The notes under the pieces: generated by a model
What the model saw: the letters and a program-made list of their open reading frames with translations, nothing else
Databases searched by the model: none
What the model was told of the DNA's origin: nothing
Position numbers and translations under genes: made by a program
Source: Amphiscolops sp. MND2022
Lineage: Eukaryota
Direction of reading: 5' to 3'
DNA length: 64,000 nt
Assembly (NCBI GenBank): GCA_964187785.1
Contig: OZ076411.1
Span: 84,506,001-84,570,000, forward strand
Part shown: positions 1-11,582 of the stretch, in pieces
Layout: each line of letters begins with the position of its first letter
Numbering within the stretch: the stretch's first letter is position 1

Positions 1-50
1 TTTTAAGGTGTGAATGCGCTGCAAGTTGCAGGGCCTCCTCACAACATCAG

Positions 51-230
51 GGAGCATGGTGTCGTGGTTAGTGCATTCGGCCTTTACTGGGGCGGTATCA
101 GGTTCGAATCTCTCTGAACTCACCATTGTTGGTCCTTAAGCAAGTCCTTCGTTCCTAACTCAGTTGTATGGTCAGTTACAAAAAACGTATTTGGCGGCGA
201 AAAGCAAAAAAGAGCAATGGTGAGAAGTCA
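51..230 (+). mobile_element. tRNA-derived SINE-like head, degraded
   Basis: Pol III A-box-like TGGTGTCGTGGTTAG and B-box GGTTCGAATC at tRNA-like spacing. These are followed by a CCTTAAGCAAGTC motif, repeated at ~243, and a short A-run. No full cloverleaf. Confidence 0.35.
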
Positions 231-2676
231 GACCTTTATGACCTTAAGCAAGTCACTTTGACACCACAGCTTCAAGTCCACCATTGGTTGCCCATTTGGT
301 TGCGAATTTGGTACCATAGTTTGCGAACAAGATAGTGTCCGAACAAGTGCACCGAATCAGAAAAGCAGAACTGCTTATTCTGTGCCCATCCCGCGTAATT
401 AGGGAAAGTTATTTTCTTCTTCTCCCTTAGTGTCAGTAACGGTTCCATTGAAATATATTTTCAAAAGATCCGTAAGTGGAGAACTTATAAAATACAGTGT
501 CTTAGAAATAATCGGTATTATATCAAAAATCGGTATAAAAATATACGTCGCTAAAAAGAAATATAGAATTGAAAATAAAGTACAGTTCTATTGATGAGAA
601 TGCAGCTCCTGGCGTCTTATGCTTTTTGTACAATTCATATGCATAGGAGACATGAACTGTTAAGATTTTACGCGTTTCATGCATTATGTAAGAATGGCCC
701 TGATATTTCTCAAACAACTATCATCGGAGGTATGTTCTCAAAGAAAAAAATTCAAAACAGCTGATGGTTGTCAGACATTTTGATTAAAATACTCGTTTTG
801 CTCGAGACCTGTTTTTGCTGGCTAATTTGCTACATTTTTTAGTCGCCGCTTTTTGAATAAAAAATGCAAGGCTGTCATATTGGGTGCTTATTTTCCTCCA
901 GGTGTTAGCAATGGTACCTTCTAAAGAAAAAATTCTAGCCTGAGATCTGAAACATACCCAAAGAGGCCAAAGGGGGCCCCTGGGATAATTTTACAGGGTT
1001 ATATATTGAACCACAAAACTGCATTAGATAGACCCTCTGAACTTTTCCGGATATTTTTCATTTCATCAAAGGGTTCTTTTTTGGTTTTCACGATGTTAAA
1101 CTATGCGCGAACTTGGGTCGTCCCGGTTTGTTTGTATTTAGAGCAACATTCGCTTTGATCATAGAATCAAGTTGGTTCCCTGGTCTTGTTCCCGATTTGG
1201 CATGCTCATGTTCATGTTTAAAAAAACATGTGGCCATATATGTACGTTGCGCTGCCTTTATTACCGCTTTGTGGAATTTGAATTGAGGCGGATGTTCGCA
1301 TACAAGGAATGGAATAATTACGACCTGATATGGATAGTATTGAGACAGCTGTAAATAAGATGACCTAGCGATCACAAAAAAAGAATGGAGAAGGAACAAT
1401 ATGAATTGTTAATCAGAAAAAGTAAATTTTAATCATCACGATAACATTTTCTTGTAATATCCGCATTTAATATGCAAATCTACAAAGCATCTTTTCATTC
1501 TTTTCTTCTCTAACGTCACATAATTTGTGCTTTGTTTTCCAGTAATGGTACCTTCGTGAATGAAATGGGGACAAAGGCTGAACAAATGATTGTTTTTTGG
1601 CTCCAATCGTTTAAACCAATTATTTACTTACCTCAAGAGCAGAAAATTAATTCGTTTCAGGAAAGTCGAGAAACTTTTTGGTAATTTTTTGTCAAAATCT
1701 TTTTGGAGTGCCGTAATATCAACTCTATTGATTCAGTCAATCAATCAAATCAACGGGATCCGAAAATTGCTGAACCAGTTTGTATCTGATTGCTGATAAT
1801 AGTATATTAAGTTCTTGAAGAAAAGAACTTTCAAATTTTGATTACTGACTTTTAGGTTAAACTTTTTTGTTTTCATAATTTCGTTAGGTGTAGCATATTT
1901 GAGGCCCAAAAAATTGAGGCCCGAAACTAGTGTAATTTGAGGCCCAATCAATTCGGTGACTATTAGCGTCAGATACTATATCAGCCAATATGTATTTAAC
2001 TTTATTTATTTGAAAAGGTTAGAATATTTGTTGTATGGCTCAGTCGCTTCGCTCCCTTTGCCAAGTAACAACATTGAGGCATGGCCACATGGCACGTCGC
2101 TTCGCTCCTGCATTTAGGGCACTGGGGGTATGCGAATATAGCTGACTACGTTATAATAATAATTTCGATGAACAAATTTTCGGGCCTCAGATAACATTTC
2201 ATTTTCGGGCCTAAATAAACGTTACCGTCATTAGATGAATTTATAAACGATCTTATCATTAGATGAGTTTTTCTTGCAGCTTCTCAGAAAACATGGCCTT
2301 ATCGAATGGTAGACTATCCGCAAAAGTGGTTAAGAGGAAATCTAGTCACTGCTCGATGGAAATCGATAAACAGTCACATATACAGTATATATATGACAGA
2401 GTATATAATATACTCTGTTACTTTCTTCTTATGCTGTATCGTCGATAACCAGGAGCGTAATTTTAACGTCATGTCACAAAATTTAAACTTTCAACCAGTA
2501 GATATTCTATCACAGTCGCGCTCTTGCGTCTTCGAAACAAACTAAAGACATGAAATTGCCTGGAACGGTTTAAAAAACGATTCGCATGTTTCATTTCCGA
2601 GCATTTCCATATTTGTTGGGTGTACGTATTATCCAAAGGGAAGGAATAAATTGAAGAAGTCCCTGAGATTACTAAC

Positions 2677-2954
2677 TTGCATTTGGGGGCGGAAGTGATT
2701 GCGGTGTCTTGTTTAAGAGCGTTGAAATTGACATGCACTGGTTTTTTGGCTATTTTCACCTCCTTGGGTCCACCGCCCCTGCTGACCCCGCCCCCTTTGC
2801 CCCCGGGTGGCGAAGGATTATTGCTTCTGAATGTGCCGTAATCAGAGAGAGCGAATTCAAGCATGGCGAAGATGACGAACAAGAAACAGGCCCACAGGTA
2901 GAAATCGATGGCCGTGAGTTTTCGGTTGACATGTTTCTCGTTCTGCGCTGTGCT
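2677..2954 (-). CDS. Cys-loop ligand-gated anion channel, exon with TM2-TM3 linker, TM3 and start of the intracellular loop
   Basis: Acceptor ttttgtcttcag at 2955+ (phase 0), then STAQNEKHVNRKLTAIDFYLWACFLFVIFAMLEFAL, which matches the GABA-A/GlyR TM3 pattern (KAIDxWxxxCxxFVFxALxE). The 3' boundary is inferred from a GTTAGT donor at 2671-2676 and is less certain. Confidence 0.85.
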
Positions 2955-3546
2955 CTGAAGACAAAACATGTTGAAATACAGTGTAGGACGTTGAAAATGT
3001 GAAAAGAACTTGTAAAAATGTCAATTTTGGATTCTATCAACTTCATGTAAAAAATTAAGACTTTGTTCTCAGAGTTTTTTTTTCGAAATGAAAAGACACA
3101 GATGGTCAGCAATTTCAAGTTTTGCTGCTAAAACTAAATGTCATTGATTTTAAATGAGAAATTCGAAAAGTTGGTGGTTTTGAGCGAAATTTCCTGACTG
3201 AACTGTCTTCCAGTCGATAAGTTTTCCCTTTGACCATATTGGACCATTGAAGTTGAAATATTATTGTATAGGAGGCTCTGCAGCTTGCAGCGTACTGACA
3301 CCCAAACTCTTTCCATTGACACGTCTCCTTATAATGAGGGCACAAAATCTGTACACCAAATCACGGTTTTGGTACGCGCGGTCCTTTTTAGTGAATTGTA
3401 GCGAAGAATATGATAGAGCGAAGTAGAAAATCGAATATGCCGAGTTGGTTGATACTCTATTAAGTCACTTGTTAATCTACTTAAATAATATATTGTATTA
3501 ATCAGTAGTTGATTGATTGATAGATGAATTGAAATTTGTACCCTAC

Positions 3547-3675
3547 CTGAGTGGCTAGAGTGAGCATGGTAAGTACAGTGGTGACTCCCAGACTGGCTCT
3601 GGCCGGAGTAGCTGCCACGTTGATCCAGAAGATGGTCCAGCTCAGCATCACGATCAGACCGGCTGGCAGGTAGAC
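3547..3675 (-). CDS. Cys-loop ligand-gated anion channel, TM1-TM2 exon
   Basis: 129-nt phase 0/0 exon (tttccag| ... CAG|gtaggg) encoding [43 protein letters not shown]. Contains the PAR anion-selectivity motif and TTVLTM of TM2. Confidence 0.93.
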
Positions 3676-3814
3676 CTGGAAACAGGGAATAAGTATGACT
3701 CATACCAGTGTATTGTATAATACTTTCATCTTATAACGTATATTACTTAGCAGCTCTCGTATATATTATAATTGTATAACTCTCCTTTGTATATCGTATA
3801 GAAAATAGAAAACC

Positions 3815-4174
3815 CCGTGTCCCTCCCCTCTCGATTTTTTTCGGCACTGTGAGACTTTTTCCGAAAATTTTTTAATGTCTCCAAAGGGTTCCCCTTCAAT
3901 TTTTTCATATTCAAAATTCTTATTTTTCGTCTGAAATTAGGTTTTCTCAATAAATTTATACCAAAAAATATCCGAATTTTTGACGTTTTATCCGAAGTAA
4001 GTTGCGTTTCATTAAAGAGGAGGACTTCGCGCAAAAAACATAGCGCGTTAGTTCGGCCCCCTTTGGGTTTTTCGGTTACCGTGGAAAAGGATACTTGACG
4101 CTTTGAACTCCTTTTACTATTTTTGAGCCTTAAGCCTTGAACGGGGCGCCGACTTATGCCGTTCCCAGCTTGTT
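3815..4174 (+). mobile_element. 5'-truncated copy of the dominant HINE/DINE-1-like family
   Basis: Ends with subTIR GCGCCGACT, then hairpin GCCGTTCCCAGC and TTGTT. Internal ttcggcactgtgagac and aaagggttccccc repeats are shared with the other copies. Confidence 0.65.
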
Positions 4175-4595
4175 TCGCTTCCACTGCTTTTTGACGGTCA
4201 TATGGTTCTTATCGACGCCAATAGTTGTATTTGTCAGCATTATTGTTGTCTGTGGTTGTAAAATATTTCTCTGCTGTCTCGTAATGTTGCTTCAAATCTG
4301 TTGAATGTTTTAGGTGGTAATGTTCCATTTTTAGGTGCATTCGGTGACAAAATTCCGCAGAAAATCGTATTCGTATAATATCTAATGTGTATTACGTCAC
4401 TTAAATTTTGTATAAAATATCTTATAATCGTATAACTTGTACAATACACTGGCTCATCCGACTTAGCGAATGCGGTTTGCATTTCAATGCCCTTATAATT
4501 TCATTAATGCAACGAAGGTGTTCGAACTTTTTCATGAGAAATTTCTCGTGTTTAGCACATCCATTTTGACAAATTGAGTGTTTTTCAGGTGCTAT

Positions 4596-6119
4596 ATGGC
4601 GTTTGTGCCTTCTAGAAAACCGAAACCATTGCCAAAAAGAAAAACCAGACATCTGGATGCGCCAAAACCTCCCTGGGACGATAGTGTCACTGATCTGGAC
4701 GTCTACCGGTCCTCAAACGAGGAACTCCTACGTAGAAAACAGGTCACAAAGCCGCCTGACAATTCCAGAGATCAACTAAAGTCTAAATTTCTCTCAGGTG
4801 ACAAAAAGTTTGCAAATTCCGCGGTTCTCAGAGAAATTTTGTTTGCTCACAACGACATTGAAGACGTTCTGGCTGAATCCGATAAAACCATGTCTTTGGT
4901 GCAAGACCTCTTCGGGGAAAACCCGGGAAAATATTCTGGAATTTCTACCGTCACCCCGGCCCCAAATTTTGGCGGTAAAAACGGAAATCCTGGCTTCTCA
5001 AGGCTGCCTTACCCTATGATGTCGGCTAATTCCGAGGATGATTCCGAAAATGAGTTGCCCATGACTGATTTATACAGCGAAAGGGGCACTACTTTTACAG
5101 AGAGCCATGACGTGTTATCAGGAGTCACTGGTAGGAATAACAATTTTGACACTAATGAAAGTTTATTGGACCTCGAAAGGTACAAAAAGTTGCTTCAGAA
5201 AACAGAAAATGATTTGCGCAAGTTGAACAACGGAGTTCTAAAACCTACATCACAAGTTGAAACTTTCAGCTCCATCCAAGATGCCATGTCTACTTCTGGA
5301 GAATCATTGTCCCAGGAACAAAGCAATTTTGCTGTCAACAATACTACTGGGGCTAGAAAAATCACAAGAGTACAAGCACCCTGTACCAAAGAAAATGCAC
5401 CATCGATTGAAAATGTGGATAACATGAAAGTGATTCTCGGTGCAATTGAAGAACTAAAAACTGCTGTTCTGGGTATTTCCCAGGATAATAAATCCGGCGT
5501 CGACAGTCCTTCAGGCGCCCAGAGTGCTTCTTTCTCGGAAAGGGAAATCCGGTCGAATCAATCAAATCAAAGTTTGGAACCTTCAAGTAGCCATCAAGGG
5601 CTGACACAGTTGAATAGCTTGAAAAACTTGATGCCTCTTCTGGCACAAAGGAACTCTGGCGCAAGTTGGCAATCGGGTGAAAATACCTGCTCAAATACAA
5701 CCTTTTCAGGGGCCCGCAATTGTCAGGTAAATGACATTTCATCAACTTCGAACACCGCCGAGTTGCAATCCTCAGGGGTCACAGTTGTGTCACCTAAAAG
5801 AGCGGAGGGGGAATTTGATACAAAGGGCCTGAAAACTTTCGACCAGCTTGTGAATGCCGTGAAGTACCTGTCAGACGAGCAAACAAACATGAAAAGAAAA
5901 CTGAACGAACGAGATTGTTTGATCAATTCGATGCAGCAAAAAATAGAGAGACAAAACAGCACGATAAGAGCCCTTGCTGAAGATATCATTCAACTGCAGA
6001 TGGTAATGGCCCAATGGTGTGAAGTTCATTCGGCCTCAAATGCCGATGGCGAGATTAGCGGCAACCAACATTTCAGCACAGACCAGCAATCGCATTTACA
6101 TTTTGGTAGCTCGACGTGA
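4596..6119 (+). CDS. SPICE1: Spindle and centriole-associated protein 1-like, single coding exon, nested antisense in the channel intron
   Basis: Open frame of 507 aa from ATG 4596, with an acceptor tttttcag at 4581-4588 just upstream. N-terminal PPWDDSVTDLDVYRSSNEELLRR and VLREILFAHNDIEDVLAESDKTMSLVQDLF...STVTPAPN match, from memory, the SPICE1 N-terminus ([21 protein letters not shown] ... [20 protein letters not shown] ... PNVTVAPD). C-terminal coiled coil. Confidence 0.8.
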   Translation: MAFVPSRKPKPLPKRKTRHLDAPKPPWDDSVTDLDVYRSSNEELLRRKQVTKPPDNSRDQLKSKFLSGDKKFANSAVLREILFAHNDIEDVLAESDKTMSLVQDLFGENPGKYSGISTVTPAPNFGGKNGNPGFSRLPYPMMSANSEDDSENELPMTDLYSERGTTFTESHDVLSGVTGRNNNFDTNESLLDLERYKKLLQKTENDLRKLNNGVLKPTSQVETFSSIQDAMSTSGESLSQEQSNFAVNNTTGARKITRVQAPCTKENAPSIENVDNMKVILGAIEELKTAVLGISQDNKSGVDSPSGAQSASFSEREIRSNQSNQSLEPSSSHQGLTQLNSLKNLMPLLAQRNSGASWQSGENTCSNTTFSGARNCQVNDISSTSNTAELQSSGVTVVSPKRAEGEFDTKGLKTFDQLVNAVKYLSDEQTNMKRKLNERDCLINSMQQKIERQNSTIRALAEDIIQLQMVMAQWCEVHSASNADGEISGNQHFSTDQQSHLHFGSST

Positions 6120-7402
6120 CACTTTGAAGAGAATAAATTATACGGAGCAAGACCACCAATATGCACGTTAAAATATTTCCCTGACCTAGTATTTACTTTT
6201 GATCATATGTGCGTAAATTTATATGCTGGAATCTCATCCAAAAAAGAGCAATTTATAATCTTTCATGCGTGCGTCCCTGGCTATGAATAGATAAAGATGG
6301 CTAAGGTTTGAATCTGCTTCGTTTTTTAAAGCGCGCTTGTATGAAGAGATAAAGAAGAAAAACGAGTTTCATGAATCTTAAAGACAGCCGTTGTGTTCGC
6401 TGTTTTCCCTAGATCGAAACCCATGATGAACTATTTGAAAGCATGCTAATATTCGAAATTGAGAACATGATTTTTGAAATAATTATTCCTCCGTTCTTAA
6501 AAAACCGATGTAATTTTCTATACATCTTGACGTCTGATTACAAATGGTCGTTGATTTAATTTATTTTGAAGAGTCGGATTTCGCCTTCTGGTAATAAATT
6601 GCTTAATCTTATATGTTCAGAAATGAAAGCGAACGTTCGATAATTTTCCTTGCCTTATTATAATGCCGATGTTGTAATTTTTTTCAATTTTGTTCAAGTT
6701 CTGCGGCTGAAACTTGTACATTTGTAAATGCTGCTTCATTCTTCTCCACTTAGTGCCTTACTTCAATTTTTGTACTTTATTTTACTTTTATTTAGATAAT
6801 AGAATCTTCTCTGTTTCTCAAACTTTTTTCTATCGCTTTCGAGACATTACTTCTGTCAGTAAAAATCAGTTTGATACATCGATGAAAGTGTGTATTGGAT
6901 TTTACAAATGTAAAACATTTTTCAAAATTGATCAATTTCAAAAATATTTTTTTGTGATGCTCTACTTCAAAGCTTGCTTGCATGTTTTTTTTCATCAAAA
7001 ACAGCCAATTCGATTCAAATGTTACACGCTTGACTGTATATATTGTAAATAGGTAGGCATTGTATTGAAGGTCTTGCGTACCACAGCGATCCATTTGAAT
7101 AATTATTCAGTGGCCGGCCAGAAGTTCTAATACCTTGGGATTCTCCATTGCTAACTGAGAGCCCTTTCTCCGCCCACGGACGCGCATTTTCTACCCCTTG
7201 AGACACCAGAAAATGCGCAAATTTCCTTGCAATACATTCTCAACCTATGTCCTGACGCAAAATAATGTCGCAATAATGTCCCGAAATGCTAAACAGCGTC
7301 AAATGTGTGTGAGGGGCATTATTTGTCGCAGTTAGTGTGGATGAAGTGAAACAGTTGAGTTTACAAGGTCGACTAATGCGCCTTGGGGCTGTTGTAATGG
7401 GA

Positions 7403-8097
7403 AACAAGCCGGGACCGGCCCAAGTCGGCGCCATATCCAAGGCTCAAAAATAGCAAAAGGACTTCCAAGTGTCAATTTACAGTACTCGAAAATCGAAAAA
7501 ACAAAAAATATGAACCGAGTGGCGCGCCGAGCCCCTGGCGCGCTAAAAGGGGGACACTTCCGAAATTGTCAACATTTTTGTCGCAGTTGAAGGGGGGTTC
7601 CTTTGGAGAAAAAACAAATTTTCGAAAAAAGTCTCTTAATGCCGGAAAACTGAAAGGGGACCCTTTGGGATTTTTAAACACCCAATCTGTTGTAAAATAT
7701 CAAAGAAATTGAAGGGGGCCCTTTGGAGAGAAAGAAAATTTAGAAAAAAAGTCTCGCAATGCCGAAAAACTGAAAGGGGGGACCCTTTGGGGTTTTTTAA
7801 CATCCATTCTTTCGCAAAACATCAAAAAAATTGAAGGGGGACCCTTTGGGGAATTTTTTTTCCGAAAAAAAGTCGCAATGCCGAAGAAAAATTGAAAGGG
7901 GGGACCCTTTGGTCTCGCCCGGTATGGTCTGTTACGCGGGAAAACAGGAAAAACCTTTTTGTTTCAGTTCGCTAGACAAAATAGTGCAATAATATTTTGT
8001 AGAACTTTTAAGAACTATTTCGGTCAGTTCGTGTGGATTGAAAAAAAAAACGAAAAGTCACTATAATAGTCGCGTTTCACTTCATGAAGCGCCGACT
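7403..8097 (-). mobile_element. HINE/DINE-1-like element, dominant family (first of a head-to-tail pair)
   Basis: On the + strand: aacaag, hairpin GCCGGGACCGGC, subTIR AGTCGGCGC ... GCGCCGACT, aa. Central tandem repeats of aaagggggaccctttgg units. Confidence 0.75.
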
Positions 8098-8536
8098 AAC
8101 AAGCCGGGACCGGCCCAAGTCTGCGCCGTATCTAAGGCTCAAAAATAGCTAAAGGACTTCAAAGTGTCAAAATATTCTCTTCTACAGCACCCAATTTTTT
8201 TGTGTCTCACAATGCCGAAAAAAATTGAAAGGTGAGACCCTTTGGGATTTTTCAACATCCGTTCTGTCGCAAAACTTTAAAAATGAAGGGGGACCCTTTG
8301 TGGAGTTTTTTTCCCAAAAAAATCTCACAATGCCGAAAAAAGTGAAAGGGGGGCCTTTGGTCTTGTCCGGTATTGTATGTTACGCGGGAAACATTTTTGG
8401 ATCAGTTCCCAACAGGGGCAATTTAAGATTTTGTAGAACTTTTGGTAGAACTTTTTGGTCACTTCAGGTGTATCGAAAAAAAACACTGACGAAAAGCCAT
8501 GACTATAGTCGACTTTTCTCTAAAAAAGCGCCGACT
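8098..8536 (-). mobile_element. HINE/DINE-1-like element, dominant family (second of the head-to-tail pair)
   Basis: Starts immediately after the previous copy (gccgact-aacaagccgggaccggc) and ends aaagcgccgactaaaa. Confidence 0.75.
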
Positions 8537-8837
8537 AAAAATGAAATAATTCGAAATAGGCTTTTTGTATTCTCATGGAGAAGTTTCCCCAGTTTTGTTA
8601 ATATTCTATTCACCAGGGGAGATTCACCCTGTGATGATTTTTTCTCAGCTGAAAAGAGGTTATGACCTCATTGCATTTTAACGACATGACAGACTGGAAC
8701 AAATTGGTGACCTGTTTCCATGTAAACATTTTTGCCTCGTTCTTCAGCTCCCAGGCTTCGTTATTTTCGGATTTGAATTCCTGACTAGCGCGATTTTACG
8801 ACAAGAAATTTCTGCCAATTTCAAGTCCCCTGTTTTA

Positions 8838-9556
8838 AGTCGGCGCTTTTCGAAGAAAAAACCGACTATAGCAGTGGATTTTTGAGGATCAGCGAAAGGT
8901 CAAATTTCTATAAGCAACTACAAGTTGTAACTTAGTAACATCTAACTGCGACTTGGTCTCGAGTTTAACGCGGATTTCTTCAAGTCTGAGAAGTAGGAGT
9001 ACGTGGGTTTGAGTCTCGCACCAAAATTCTTGGAAAGATTTTTTTATTGCTGACAAAAGTAGAGGGGAGACTAAAGGGTCCCTTTTTCGGAACTATGCGA
9101 CTTTTCAGACTTTTTTTTTCAAACTGAAGCCCCCTCGATTTTTAGCAGGAACAAAGCGCTTTGCGAGCATAGATGGCCACATTAGGTGTTTTCAGCATTA
9201 TACGACGCACCGAAGTATTGAAAATTTTCCCCAATTTTTCTGAGGCTTTCTGTCTAGGAAGACTGTTCGAGTCTTGAAGGTGACCTCTTTGATTTTTTCA
9301 ATACTGTGGAATTGATGAGTTTTTCAGTAATTGTGGAAGAAACCTACTGTTTTTTTTGCACTGTGTGATTTCGAAACCGATTCCATTTGATCAAAAGAAT
9401 ACCCTTTTCTTTCATTACTGATTTTGGCTTGGAAAAAGTTTTCTTGCGGGTTGAAAGCTTTTTCAGCACTGAGAAAAATTTTCCGAAAAAATTCAAAATG
9501 GGTTTATTGTTTGCAAAATTATTTCAGTTTGCGAAGGAGAAAGTGGTTTCCGAGTC
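8838..9556 (+). mobile_element. HINE-like copy interrupted by the piggyBac-type MITE and the Polinton
   Basis: 5' end tt-AGTCGGCGCTTTTCGAAGAAAAAACCGACT stem-loop. The internal sequence gtggtttccgagtc|ttaag resumes after the Polinton as cgtatccattcgggtactttttggcactgtaa (26165+). Confidence 0.55.
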
Positions 9557-9560
9557 TTAA

Positions 9561-10084
9561 CCTCGACAGTGATTTCGTCCTCTAATGAAGTTCGATTTTT
9601 TTGCAATCAATAACAAATTACGACACGCAAAAAGCATAGAGGAAAACGGAAAATTGTCTTTCTTATCGACAATCTATTGGACTATCTGGAGTGAATTGTT
9701 ATTTGTGTCAATATAGACTTTTTCCGAGCCACTGGCAAAAAAGTAACTGAAAAAAGTGAAAAATTGCAAAAAAGTACATTTCAGAAAATTCGTTTTTCTC
9801 AATAAATGAGCAACTGTTATAGACGTTTATAGAAGTTTTTTTCAAAGAAGCTTCAGTTATTAGCTCAACCAATATTTGAAAGGCTCGCGCATTCACCTCA
9901 AAAAGTGGCGCCAACTCGCGACCTAACTAGTGTGCAACTAGTGTGCATTTGAAAGCTTAGGTAAAGGGCTTTCAGGAACAGAAAACCGATTGGAGCTGCG
10001 GCAATTATTTGTGGAGAAATGAAGCTTCGAAAAAAATATGCCAAAATTTTGTCAATTTTTCAACTTCTCGGTGTACTGTCGAGG
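9561..10084. mobile_element. piggyBac-type MITE (524 bp)
   Basis: TTAA at 9557-9560 and 10085-10088 flanks inverted termini CCTCGACAGT ... ACTGTCGAGG. No coding capacity. Confidence 0.7.
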
Positions 10085-10089
10085 TTAAG

Positions 10090-10279
10090 AGTAGTAATAG
10101 CAGGGGGGTTGAATGATGTTTTGGGCTCCCAACCGAAATTATTCTAAGTCAGAAACCTATCTCACTTTTAGGGCTCCCAACCGAAGTTATTCTAAGTCAG
10201 AAAGGTTAAAGTTCATCTTAACCATACCGAGCGGAATGTATACCAATTGTCAAGAATGTTTACTAATGCAAACTAATGA
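10090..10279 (+). repeat. Polinton left terminal inverted repeat
   Basis: Reverse complement of 25968-26158, with 8 substitutions and 1 indel by manual alignment. Contains two 33-bp direct repeats (gggctcccaaccgaaattattctaagtcagaaa) 48 bp apart. Confidence 0.95.
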
Positions 10280-10584
10280 TGATAAACTTTCGAGCAGACC
10301 GACATATATGCATTTGAAACTTGATTTGAAAGAAATAGCTTTTTATTCATGCATTAATGCAGGGCAATGAAATTCACTATAAAATTCTAACCTTTCGTCC
10401 TCTGACAGCAGCAGTAATAGGAATATACGTAAATTTCCGAAAAAGAGAAACTGATTTTTTAAGAAGACAAATCTGATTCCCGAAACTGAAAAAAAACAGG
10501 ACCGGCAGTATCTAGGTATCACAAACCTAGAAACTGTGCTTTCTGCATGGAACTTTCCCTTGGTATCTTCCAAAGGAATTTTCC

Positions 10585-11520
10585 ATGTTTACCTTCGATG
10601 ATACTTCTTGTAAGAGAAATTGTCATTATAAATTGAAATCGTTTCCGGAGCAGTTAACCCTTACCACGAGGCGCGATATGACTTCAGTGTTTCGCGAAAT
10701 TCCGAGTAGTTATTGGCTGCCCTTGTTTTCAACGGAAGAATCCGAAATCTACAGTGATGTCTACTGTAATTCAAAGGACAGTGGTTCAAAATCACCAACA
10801 AGTCTTTCCAATTTACTGGAAATACTCTCCAAATCTCACAAATGCCAATTCATTGGAAGAGTTCATACGAAAGAGGACTCCAGAAATGGATCGCTGGACG
10901 AGTTTTGTGAAGCCATGCCTACAAATCATCACCATCTTCTCTTGTATCTCCCACAATGCACTAACGCCGAAACAATGTTGAAACAAACCATTTCACAAGT
11001 TTTGTCCAATGAACAATGGGCAAAGGTACGACTTCTCACAGTTTCGTATCCAGAAAACTTTCTGAAAACAGAGACGTCAATTTTTTCTCCTAGATCTCTT
11101 ATTGTAGAAGGCGAGAGAATGAAGAGCCTGATGACTCGGAAAACAACTGAAAAGTTGGGATGTAGTTTCAAGTGCGTTTGGGAACTTGACAGACACAATT
11201 CGTTGGGTGACTGTCCCGATAACGAAAAGGCTTTATACATATTTCAAAAGCTTGTGGAACTAGAAAAAAGTGATGCGCCTTTCAAGGATACTGTGATATC
11301 TTATTTTGAACTTTTACAACGAGGTATCGGGCGACTTTTTCTTTCTGAGCACAGTAGAATATTGGATATTGATCTGGGAGTCTCCAATTCTCAATGCATG
11401 TGCTTTGAATGTCTGAATCAACCATTGCAACTCTACGAAGCGATCGACAACACACCACCAAGCGCTCAACTGTTTTCCCCTTATAATGAAGACACCATAA
11501 TCGATACTTCATTTCTGTGA
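10585..11520 (+). CDS. Polinton accessory ORF, unknown function (weak HUH-like motif)
   Basis: Intact 311-aa ORF directly inside the left TIR. Contains GRVHTKED...PTNHHHLLLY. No secure family assignment. Confidence 0.6.
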   Translation: MFTFDDTSCKRNCHYKLKSFPEQLTLTTRRDMTSVFREIPSSYWLPLFSTEESEIYSDVYCNSKDSGSKSPTSLSNLLEILSKSHKCQFIGRVHTKEDSRNGSLDEFCEAMPTNHHHLLLYLPQCTNAETMLKQTISQVLSNEQWAKVRLLTVSYPENFLKTETSIFSPRSLIVEGERMKSLMTRKTTEKLGCSFKCVWELDRHNSLGDCPDNEKALYIFQKLVELEKSDAPFKDTVISYFELLQRGIGRLFLSEHSRILDIDLGVSNSQCMCFECLNQPLQLYEAIDNTPPSAQLFSPYNEDTIIDTSFL

Positions 11521-11582
11521 AAATTTCATTTGAAAACAGTTGCCTTGTTTTCTAATTCAAACTTTCAGTCAGAGAAATTGTA

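Noticed and set aside
523-717. Minus-strand ORF as the missing TM4 exon of the channel (LYFIFNSIF)
   Set aside because: Lacks the D-x-x-S/A-R-x-x-F-P signature and I found no convincing phase-compatible acceptor. TM4 is left unassigned.
1172-2545. Plus-strand fragments resembling TRP-channel segments (EWNNYDLIWIV at ~1300; LVTARWKSIN...YIIYSVTFF at ~2350)
   Set aside because: The resemblance is weak, the order is reversed relative to TRP topology, and no consistent splice model emerged.
8225-8665. K/F-rich ORFs in repeats (also 3747-4184, 29018-29327, 32954-33277, 41153-41490, 55672-56060)
   Set aside because: They are translations of HINE central repeats, with no protein motifs and inconsistent frames between copies.
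10123-10203. 33-bp direct repeats with a spacer, superficially CRISPR-like
   Set aside because: Only two units with a 15-bp spacer, mirrored in the other TIR, in a eukaryotic context with no cas genes.
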